From an uncultured delta proteobacterium (GTDB lineage Bacteria; Desulfobacterota; Binatia; UBA9968), in NCBI GenBank assembly GCA_963745835.1, contig CAVUZH010000019.1:32001-96000 (forward strand): a DNA stretch of 64,000 nt, read 5' to 3'. Of the stretch, positions 40,129 to 48,256 are shown piece after piece; position 1 is the stretch's first letter; the number at the start of each line of letters is the position of its first letter. The position numbers and the translations under genes were made by a program. Under the pieces are notes generated by a model. It did not search any database, was not told the origin of the DNA, and was given only the letters and a program-made list of their open reading frames with translations.

Positions 40129-41500
40129 ACTACACGCCGCTACGCGCGGCCGGATCCTGATTGTCGATGATGATCGGCAGATGTGCCAGCTGCTCGTCGA
40201 TGTGCTGGCCGAAGAAGGCCATCTCGTTGAAGCAGTGCATGACGGCCGATCCGCGCTGGAGAAGTTTCGCGCAAACGGTTGCGACTTGATGATCACCGAT
40301 TTGATGATGCCACGAATGCGCGGCACGGAACTGGTTAAAGAGGTTAAAGGGATCGATCCCGACGCGGTAATTCTTTTGATCACGGCCTTCGGCAGCATTG
40401 AAAGCGCAGTCGAGGCAATGAAAGCGGGCGCCTTTCATTATGTGACTAAACCGTTTCGCACCGACGAAATGATTTTACATGTGAGCCGCGGGCTGCAGCA
40501 GCGCCGGCTCTGTGAAGAAGTGCAGCGGCTTCGCAGTGAGATACTGGAGCGCAATAGTTTTGAGAACATCATCGGCAAGAGCGAGAAGATGCGGGAAGTT
40601 TTCTCAATCGTCCGGCAAACCAGCGATCTTGCCGCCAATGTGCTCATCCTCGGTGAAAGCGGCACCGGCAAGGAAATGGTCGCGCGCGCGATTCACCATC
40701 ATAGCTGGCGCGCCCAAGGGCCCTTTATACCGCTCAACTGCGCTGCCGTCCCGGAGACCCTGCTTGAGAGCGAGCTCTTTGGCTATTTGCGCGGCACGTT
40801 CACCGATGCGCGCAAAGACCGGCGCGGACTCTTCCAGGAAGCCAGCGGCGGCATCCTTTTTCTCGATGAAATCAGCGAGATTCCGATCAACCTGCAGGCC
40901 AAGCTGTTACGCGTCATCGAAGATAAGGAAGTGAGGCCGTTGGGAGCCAATCAGTCGGAAAAAGTCGACACACGCATTGTTTCAGCCTGCAACCTCGATC
41001 TTGAACATTTGGTCGAACAAGGCCGGTTCCGGCAGGACCTCTATTACCGGCTGAATGTTATTCGCATCGAATTGCCGCCGCTACGCGAGCGGTCGGAGGA
41101 TATTCCGCTTCTCGCAGAGCACTTCTTGCACAAATTTGCGCCTCAGGCGAAACGAGAGATAGACTCCATCGACCAGGAGGCGCTGGCTGCGTTGATGAAT
41201 TATCGCTGGCCGGGGAATGTGCGGGAGTTGGAGCACACCATCGAGCGAGCGGTGCTGCTTGGCAAAGAGATCAGCATCGGCTTGAAAGATTTGCCGTTGC
41301 AGTCGCAGGTTACTGATGGAAGTTCTGTGCCGCTCGCGGCCGCTGTGGCAAACGGATACACCCTTAGAGATCTGGAAAGAGAATATATTTTGCGGGTCAT
41401 CGAGAGCACGTATGGGAATAAAGCCGAAGCGGCTCGGATACTGGGCGTAGATCGGACGACCCTGTATCGAAAATTAGAAGAGTACAAGGTCAAGACTTAA
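40112..41500 (+). CDS. Sigma54-dependent response regulator (NtrC/ZraR family)
   Basis: REC domain, GESGTGKE, ESELFG, GTFTDA (GAFTGA-loop variant), FLDEI, FRQDLYYRLNV, WPGNVREL, Fis-type HTH. Confidence 0.96.
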   Translation: MAPDSKLHAATRGRILIVDDDRQMCQLLVDVLAEEGHLVEAVHDGRSALEKFRANGCDLMITDLMMPRMRGTELVKEVKGIDPDAVILLITAFGSIESAVEAMKAGAFHYVTKPFRTDEMILHVSRGLQQRRLCEEVQRLRSEILERNSFENIIGKSEKMREVFSIVRQTSDLAANVLILGESGTGKEMVARAIHHHSWRAQGPFIPLNCAAVPETLLESELFGYLRGTFTDARKDRRGLFQEASGGILFLDEISEIPINLQAKLLRVIEDKEVRPLGANQSEKVDTRIVSACNLDLEHLVEQGRFRQDLYYRLNVIRIELPPLRERSEDIPLLAEHFLHKFAPQAKREIDSIDQEALAALMNYRWPGNVRELEHTIERAVLLGKEISIGLKDLPLQSQVTDGSSVPLAAAVANGYTLRDLEREYILRVIESTYGNKAEAARILGVDRTTLYRKLEEYKVKT

Positions 41501-42329
41501 CGTTCCTGTCCTGATCCATAGCTAAGCCGTAGATCTGGCGTTTAGAATATCCGTATTTCTCGCCGAGCACTTCGGCGACCTCTTTCACCCGCAGCCCGTC
41601 GGCTAGGAGTTTCGTAATTTCCTCGCGCAGTGCCCCTTCGGAAGGAGCATGCAGGTCGGAGCAGCCTTCAATGATGAGCGTTACTTCTCCGCGAATCTCT
41701 CGCCCACCGACTTCTCCGATCACTTCGCTGATGCGGCCGCGGAGAAACTCCTCATGAATCTTGGTAACCTCGCGCGCCAGGACCATGCGGCGGTCGCCAA
41801 GAATTTCACGAATGTCATCGAGCGATTCCTTGAGTCGGTGCGGCGTCTCGTAGACGACCAGGCTATAGCGGTCGACACGAAGCTCTTGCAGCTTCGACCT
41901 CCTCTCCCGTTTTCGTGCCGGTAGAAATCCCCTGAAACTGAATCCGTCGGTGGGCAGACCGCTGGCGCTGAGAGCCGCGATCAATGCCGACGGACCCGGA
42001 ATCGGTACAACGGGAATGCCCATGCGAGTGGCTTCGACAACTAAGCGGTAGCCGGGATCGGCGATCGCCGGTGTGCCCGCGTCCGAGACTAGGGCGATGC
42101 TTTCGCCGCGCTCGAGGCGAGCGACCAATTGGGCCGTCTTGGCTCGTTCATTGTGCTCGTGATAACTGGTTAAACGCGTGTTGATGGTGAAGTGCCGCAG
42201 TAGGGTTTGTGTGTGCCGGGTGTCTTCGGCGGCAATGATATCGGCGCCCTTCAGAATTCGGATTGCCCGTAGCGTGATGTCTTCGAGATTACCTATCGGC
42301 GTTGCGACGATGTACAGAGTGCCGGGCAT
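41490..42329 (-). CDS. rsmI: 16S rRNA (cytidine1402-2'-O)-methyltransferase
   Basis: GTLYIVATPIGNLEDIT, AAEDTRHT, VSDAGTPAIADPG, AREVTKIHEE. Confidence 0.97.
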   Translation of the reverse strand: MPGTLYIVATPIGNLEDITLRAIRILKGADIIAAEDTRHTQTLLRHFTINTRLTSYHEHNERAKTAQLVARLERGESIALVSDAGTPAIADPGYRLVVEATRMGIPVVPIPGPSALIAALSASGLPTDGFSFRGFLPARKRERRSKLQELRVDRYSLVVYETPHRLKESLDDIREILGDRRMVLAREVTKIHEEFLRGRISEVIGEVGGREIRGEVTLIIEGCSDLHAPSEGALREEITKLLADGLRVKEVAEVLGEKYGYSKRQIYGLAMDQDRNVKS

Positions 42330-42456
42330 AAAGTACCCCTCAACTAACACACGACATAAATTTATTTCAAATTTGCGCTGCCTTTGAAAATATGCGGAAT
42401 TTATCCGTCTTTCATAGTAACATCTGGTTATCAATTCCAATAAGGGAGCAAATTCG

Positions 42457-42684
42457 ATGAGCAGCGAACCAGTCCTTATCTTCGGCCAAGATCTTTGACC
42501 CTATACTTCGGGAGCCCGTGAGGATTTCTCCCGTCGAAAAATTCCGTTCGAATACATCAACGTGCTCGAAGATGACGCCGGTCTGGCGCGTATGCTGAAA
42601 CACTCCAATGGCCGCCGCCAAATACCTGTAATCGTCGAGGCCGGCAAGATCACCATAGGTTTCGGCGGTAGCTGAGAGGTTTAA
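42457..42684 (+). CDS. Glutaredoxin-like selenoprotein (UXX-star type) with two in-frame TGA codons
   Basis: MSSEPVLIFGQDL-U-PYTSGAREDFSRRKIPFEYINVLEDDAGLARMLKHSNGRRQIPVIVEAGKITIGFGGS-U-EV*; TGA at 42496 and 42673; RBS AAGGGAG. Confidence 0.85.
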
Positions 42685-42726
42685 CGGCCGGCGGCGCTGG
42701 CAGGCATAGAGTCGAACGTTTATTTT

Positions 42727-43797
42727 ATGAATCACCAGGAAATCTTCGCGGATAAGATCGTCGCCGTCTTCGGCGGGAACACGGCTATCTCTTCTCTAAT
42801 ACCGCTCGCGGGGGATGCCTCGAGCCGGCGCTACTTCCGCGCTGTCATAAAATCCTCCGAAGCGCCAAAATCAGTGATCATCATGGAGCTCCCGGCTGGC
42901 AGTGCTCTGCCCCTCTCCAGTGAAGAGCTAGCCGTTTTCAAGCAAGCTCCTAAAGAATTGCCCTTCCTCAATATGCACCGATTTTTCAGCGGAATCGGTG
43001 TTCGGGTGCCCAAGCTTTACGCTCATTGGCAAAACGACGGCATTCTTCTGCTGGAAGATTTAGGCGATACAGCGTTATGGGACCGCGTCCAAGGCCTGCC
43101 CGAAGAAGAGGTCCTTAGCTGGTACGAAAAAGCCATCGACGAGCTTTTGATTCTACAAATCCGGGGCACAGCGGCCCGGGACGAAGACTGCGTTGCATTT
43201 CAGCAGCGATTCGATTTCCGGCTTTACATGTGGGAGTTCGAACATTTCCTCGAATACGGATTAGAGAAGCGGCCCGGCGCCCGGGTGGCCGGAACGGTAA
43301 TCGAGACGCTGCGAAGAATATTCTCGGACATAGCCCATCGCTTGGACCGCTATCCCAGTTGTCTAAACCACCGCGACTATCACAGCTGGAATCTGATGAT
43401 TCACGACGAAGCTGTGGCAGTAATAGATTTCCAAGACGCCTTGCTCGCGCCGCCGCAGTACGACTTGGCCTCGCTGCTGAATGATCGGATCACCGACAGT
43501 GTGATTAGACCCCATATCGAAGATCATCTTATGAGCTATTATTTACGCCAGCGCGGCGGTCTCGAAAATCGCGCTGTAGACGGTGACGATTTTCGTGAGA
43601 TCTATCTGCTCTCGGCGATTCAGCGCGATTTTAAGGTAGTCGGCCGGTTTTATTATCTCGATCTGGTAAAGGGTAAACCGGGATACCGGAAATTCATCCC
43701 GCCTACGGTCCGTCGATTGAAACGCAATTTGGCGCGCTTACCGCAGCTCGAACCGATCATCCCGATCCTGGCTGAGCACTACGAGGAGATGCGATGA
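42727..43797 (+). CDS. amgK: Anomeric MurNAc/GlcNAc kinase (APH family)
   Basis: LAGDASSRRYFR, LLEDLGD, HRDYHSWNLM, IDFQDA, YDLASLL; overlaps the murU-like gene. Confidence 0.85.
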   Translation: MNHQEIFADKIVAVFGGNTAISSLIPLAGDASSRRYFRAVIKSSEAPKSVIIMELPAGSALPLSSEELAVFKQAPKELPFLNMHRFFSGIGVRVPKLYAHWQNDGILLLEDLGDTALWDRVQGLPEEEVLSWYEKAIDELLILQIRGTAARDEDCVAFQQRFDFRLYMWEFEHFLEYGLEKRPGARVAGTVIETLRRIFSDIAHRLDRYPSCLNHRDYHSWNLMIHDEAVAVIDFQDALLAPPQYDLASLLNDRITDSVIRPHIEDHLMSYYLRQRGGLENRAVDGDDFREIYLLSAIQRDFKVVGRFYYLDLVKGKPGYRKFIPPTVRRLKRNLARLPQLEPIIPILAEHYEEMR

Positions 43798-44540
43798 AGG
43801 CGATGGTTTTGGCCGCCGGGCAAGGAACACGCCTGAGGCCGCTGACCGATACCCAGCCCAAAGCTCTGGTGCCGGTCGGCGGCCGGCCCATGATCGAGTA
43901 TTCGCTGCTGCTATTACGACACTATGGCATTCGCGATGTCGTCATCAACCTGCATCATCATGGCGAGCAGATCGAGAACCGGCTGGCCGACGGCAGTCAA
44001 CTTGGACTACAAATCAGTTATTCCATCGAGCCGGAGCTGTTGGATACCGGGGGCGGTCTGCTCAAAGCCAAGCCATTTTTGCAAAACGAGGCTTTCATCG
44101 TCATCAACACCGATGTCTTGATCGATTTGCATCTCGACGAGTTGCTAGAATTTCACCAAAAGCAACGAGCCGCGGCAACGTTGGTTTTGCGGCCTGATCG
44201 GGATGCGGACAGATACGGCTCGATGGACATCGACGAGCGAGATCGAATCTGCCGATTTCTCGAAACAAGAATGCCGACGCAGTCACCCGGGCCAATTCGC
44301 AAATTAATGTTCACCGGTGTACAGGTCCTCGAGCCGAAGGTCTTCGACTATATGGACTCGGAAACGGGAGCACATAAATTCAGCACGACCCGGCAGACTT
44401 ACCCGCGGATGCTGGCCGCCGGGCAACCTCTCTATGGTTTTTGCTTTGACGGATTTTGGCAGGATCTTGGAACCGCCGAACGCATCCGGCAAGCGGAGCA
44501 CAGCCTCGCGGGGGGCGAGGTAAGGCTCCATTACCTCTAG
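43794..44540 (+). CDS. murU: MurNAc-1-phosphate uridylyltransferase-like nucleotidyltransferase
   Basis: MKAMVLAAGQGTRLRPLTDTQPKAL, ELLDTGGGL, WQDLGT. Confidence 0.8.
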   Translation: MKAMVLAAGQGTRLRPLTDTQPKALVPVGGRPMIEYSLLLLRHYGIRDVVINLHHHGEQIENRLADGSQLGLQISYSIEPELLDTGGGLLKAKPFLQNEAFIVINTDVLIDLHLDELLEFHQKQRAAATLVLRPDRDADRYGSMDIDERDRICRFLETRMPTQSPGPIRKLMFTGVQVLEPKVFDYMDSETGAHKFSTTRQTYPRMLAAGQPLYGFCFDGFWQDLGTAERIRQAEHSLAGGEVRLHYL

Positions 44541-44552
44541 TAGGGTGGAGCG

Positions 44553-45089
44553 CTACATTCTGGATTGACCCATTGTAATGATCCCGCATGCGGCTCTGTC
44601 GCCGGCATTGCCGGTAGGATCGGAGACGTAATCGTCGACGCCGACATGAATCACCAACGCGCTGCCGTCTTTGTCAAAAACCGATGTCGCGCCGGGTTTA
44701 AGCGTCATGCCATCGGTGAAAGCCTCAAAACGGCCCGTGCCATCCTTGGCAACAAGCATATTGGGTAGATCCCCTGCATGAGCGCCCTCGGCACTTTTGT
44801 GACCGTGTTTTTTTTGCGCCGGATTGAAATGGCCGCCGGCGCTGGTAAAGGCCGGCGCCTCGCATTTACCGACCGCGTGAACATGAACCGCGTGCAAACC
44901 CGGAGTGAGTCCCTTGACATCAAGGTTGACTGTGACTCCGCTCCCGATCTCGCGAAACGTGGCCATTCCGACCGTCTTGCCGTCCTTATCCTTGAGTTCG
45001 GCAGTCGCTTGAGATGCCGGCTGGGTCGACATCGAACAAGCCGCCGACAAGCTCAGTAAAATGGTTGCGCACAATAATTTTACAAACAT
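44553..45089 (-). CDS. sodC: Cu/Zn superoxide dismutase (lipoprotein)
   Basis: HAVHVH, GGHFNP, KKHG, HAGDLPN, ALVIH, GNAGDRAACG; lipobox SAAC. Confidence 0.95.
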   Translation of the reverse strand: MFVKLLCATILLSLSAACSMSTQPASQATAELKDKDGKTVGMATFREIGSGVTVNLDVKGLTPGLHAVHVHAVGKCEAPAFTSAGGHFNPAQKKHGHKSAEGAHAGDLPNMLVAKDGTGRFEAFTDGMTLKPGATSVFDKDGSALVIHVGVDDYVSDPTGNAGDRAACGIITMGQSRM

Positions 45090-45129
45090 AACATCCCCCT
45101 TTGATTTCCTCAGAAGAATCTACCGGGAC

Positions 45130-45870
45130 TTAGAAAAAGGAGTCAACGAGCCGGCTCGAAACGTAGAAAATGGCAAACCCGAGCACCACCAGGAGAGTGA
45201 TCCAGCGCGATTTACCCGATTCGGAGAGCGGGACGAGCAGAGTCGCACCCACATAGATAAAGTTTCCGGCCGCGAATGCCAAGAGGACATCGGCAAAAAA
45301 CGGTTTAAGTTCCCAGGCCCAAAATGGCAGAACGACACCAATGATGGTGACAACCCCTAAGCTGCCACCGGCAACCATAGCGGACCAGCGGCTCCATCCC
45401 GCTGCACGCATGATCGCGGCGATCACAAAGCCCGCAGGAATTTCGTGCAGTAATACCGAGAGAAATATTAGTATTCCCAAATCGGTTTTGGCGATCATGC
45501 CCGCTCCGATAGCCAGTCCATCGATAAAGTCATGAACGTTGAATGCGACAAGGGATGCGAATCCGGCGGCGACCGGAAGAGGCACAGGGTGTTCATCTTC
45601 AGGCAAACTATGCAGGTGAACGTTGGTAAATTGTTCGATCAAGAACAGCGAGAGGTAGCCCACCGCCACATAGCCCGGCATCGACGGTCCCCGGGATAAG
45701 CTTTCCGGCAGCATCTCGAGCAGCGCCGCTGCCAGAATAAATCCACCACTTAAACCAAGCGCCGCCGCGGTAAAGCGGCGCGAGGGCTCGCGCTGGAGCA
45801 CCGCAAGAGCGCTGCCCAAGATATTGGCCAAGGCGGTTAACAATCCGAGCACGAGAGCGACACTAAGCAT
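45130..45870 (-). CDS. ZIP family metal transporter
   Basis: ALLEMLPES, HDFIDGLAIG, LHEIPAG; start placed at ATG 45870. Confidence 0.9.
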   Translation of the reverse strand: MLSVALVLGLLTALANILGSALAVLQREPSRRFTAAALGLSGGFILAAALLEMLPESLSRGPSMPGYVAVGYLSLFLIEQFTNVHLHSLPEDEHPVPLPVAAGFASLVAFNVHDFIDGLAIGAGMIAKTDLGILIFLSVLLHEIPAGFVIAAIMRAAGWSRWSAMVAGGSLGVVTIIGVVLPFWAWELKPFFADVLLAFAAGNFIYVGATLLVPLSESGKSRWITLLVVLGFAIFYVSSRLVDSFF

Positions 45871-46209
45871 CCGTCTCTTCTGACAAACTTGATCTTGGGA
45901 TGCAAATGATCGCTTAAGAAGGACGCTGACAGAGCGCCGGATTAAGCCAGAGAGGCTGTTCGGATTCACACAGCGAAGGGGTGCACGAGCACCGTCCCAC
46001 GCTGAGCTAAGCCGGCGGCAACAGCGACGTGAAGTCGTTAGGCGGTGTGGCGAGATGACCCTGTGGCCAAACGTCCAGCCTCGGTGATCGATAATGAACA
46101 CCCGGCGTTCTACAGATTGTACTTGCAGATTAATTCACTGAAGCCCAATGGTCATACCCTGGCCAGCTTTGTTTTCTCCAGACAATTTCCGCTAGTATAG
46201 ACCCCGTAC

Positions 46210-48204
46210 GTGCCACCTAAACAAAAAACCCGGAAAACTTCTCGACGACAAACGAACCGCCCTTCCGGCCCAGGCGCCACGGCGCCGCTAGCTGAATTGC
46301 TCACCGGGCCTAACCCGCGGCTATTTGAACGCCCAGTCGTTCTGATCCTCGCCATCTTCTCGCTTCATGCGTTTGGATTGTTGTCTCTCTTCGATGTTCT
46401 TCCCGGCCTATACAATCCTGATCCAATCATCGAACAGGACTGGGGTCTGCATTTTCATCATCTCAAATCGTTGGAGACCTTTTGGCAACAGGACAGATCA
46501 TCCTGGGGGTATAATCCCCTGTTTATGGCGGGCTACCCGTCCAACACCATCCAAGATCTGAGCATCAAGCTGTTCGAGTTCCTTGCGCTCGCTTTGTCCT
46601 TAATTGCTTTAACGCCGATCCAGTGGTTCAAGATCTCGGCGTTTATCGCAATGGCGGCGATTCCATGGCTGATGTATTTCAGCGCGCGCAATCTGTTCGC
46701 GGGCGAACAAATCAGAAATACCGCGGCCGTGGCGGCGGCGCTTCTTGGAACGATTTATTGGTGGAATTCACTGCCTCGAGAAATGTTTTTTTACGGCATG
46801 ATCGGTTATCCGACCGCTGCTTATGCCACGATCCTGGGAGTTTCGCTGTTTTACCGTTTAGCGAACCAGCAAACATCCTGGCCTGTCCACCTTGCCTGGA
46901 TGCTATTTGCCATCGCCATCCTACCGCTCCACGTTCAGTCTCTGATCATTTTTCTGCCTTGCATTGCCGCCTTGTTAATCGCGCGGCCCAGGCTGATCCA
47001 GCGCTACCTGGTACTATCAACCGTCGGCGCAGCAACGATTTCACTCGCGTTGAACCTGGTCTGGATAATGCCCGCCTTCATCCATCGGGGCGATGATATT
47101 TCCGGAACTATTGTCGAGCAGCTGGCGCTGTTCGTGAGCGCCGACCCACTAACGTTGGTGAAGGATTATTTCGCGCCGAAGAATTACTGGTCATTTCGAC
47201 AAAGTTTTTGGGAGAAAGGCGTTCGCTTGATGCTGCTGATTCTCGGCACAACAGGCACGGTGAAGCTGCTGCGCCGCGGCGACAAAAATCTTGGAATTTT
47301 GCTCCTTGCCGGTTTGATCAGTCTTTTCCTGATAACTTATTTTAGTTTTCTTATTCCGGCTCTTCAGGCATGGCAGCCGATGCGTTTTAAAGTTCCCTTT
47401 GATCTTTTTCTGGCCATTGCCACTGCTTACGCGCTTGCGGATTGGCTCATGGCAAATACAGCAGCATCGCGTGTCTATTCCTATACAGTTCCATCTTTGC
47501 TGTTGGCCGCGAGCGTCACTTTCCTGATCAATCTCGTCCACACCGAGTCTCAAGGTAAACTTAGGCTGCGAACTCTCATCCGTCCTGAGATCGCCGAGAT
47601 AGCGCGCTGGGTGCAACAAAACACGCCTGACGAGGCCCGCGTTCTGTTTGAAGAATCAGGCGACGAAACCGGTTTCGTGTACGACGGCATGTATTTATCC
47701 TCTTTCATTCCCCACTGGACCGGTCGCGCGCTGATCGGCGGGCCCATCAATCTCTACAACGATCGGCACCACTTCGCGGAATTTCACTCGGGCAGATTAT
47801 TGGGACGAGATATACAGGGTTTGACGGACGACGAGATCAAAAAGTATTTTCGGCTCTACAACATCGGCGCGATAGTTGCCTTTCACCCGGCCTCGATCAA
47901 ACGGCTACGGTCGATTCCCGGATTAATCACACTCGACCGAAGACTGGGGCCCGTGCATCTCATGAGGGTGAACCAGCCGTTGGATTGGTTTGTACAGGGA
48001 CAGGGGCAGATAATAGCCAGACTCAATCGCCTGGAAGTCTCGAGCAGCGGAGCTAAGGAAGTGATTTTGAAATACCATTGGCTGGACGGGCTGGTCAGCA
48101 ACCCGCCGGCAACCATCATCCCGATTATGATTTATGACGATCCGATCCCCTTCATCAAGGTGATCGATCCGCCGGGATCTTTTACGTTAAAAATCGGACG
48201 CTAG
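46210..48204 (+). CDS. Polytopic membrane protein, probable GT-C-fold glycosyltransferase
   Basis: Many TM helices; first loop EQDWGLHFHH...WGYNPLFMAGYP; soluble C-terminal domain WVQQNTPDEARVLFE. Confidence 0.6.
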   Translation: MPPKQKTRKTSRRQTNRPSGPGATAPLAELLTGPNPRLFERPVVLILAIFSLHAFGLLSLFDVLPGLYNPDPIIEQDWGLHFHHLKSLETFWQQDRSSWGYNPLFMAGYPSNTIQDLSIKLFEFLALALSLIALTPIQWFKISAFIAMAAIPWLMYFSARNLFAGEQIRNTAAVAAALLGTIYWWNSLPREMFFYGMIGYPTAAYATILGVSLFYRLANQQTSWPVHLAWMLFAIAILPLHVQSLIIFLPCIAALLIARPRLIQRYLVLSTVGAATISLALNLVWIMPAFIHRGDDISGTIVEQLALFVSADPLTLVKDYFAPKNYWSFRQSFWEKGVRLMLLILGTTGTVKLLRRGDKNLGILLLAGLISLFLITYFSFLIPALQAWQPMRFKVPFDLFLAIATAYALADWLMANTAASRVYSYTVPSLLLAASVTFLINLVHTESQGKLRLRTLIRPEIAEIARWVQQNTPDEARVLFEESGDETGFVYDGMYLSSFIPHWTGRALIGGPINLYNDRHHFAEFHSGRLLGRDIQGLTDDEIKKYFRLYNIGAIVAFHPASIKRLRSIPGLITLDRRLGPVHLMRVNQPLDWFVQGQGQIIARLNRLEVSSSGAKEVILKYHWLDGLVSNPPATIIPIMIYDDPIPFIKVIDPPGSFTLKIGR

Positions 48205-48256
48205 AGGCTGATTCAAACTCACCCATCGGGCGGAGCAAGGCCTGTTCAAAGAACTG

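Noticed and set aside
42412-42735. 107-aa minus-strand ORF
   Set aside because: Antisense shadow of the selenoprotein gene
45871-46101. Long N-terminal extension of the ZIP ORF
   Set aside because: Not protein-like; the hydrophobic ZIP sequence begins at ATG 45870
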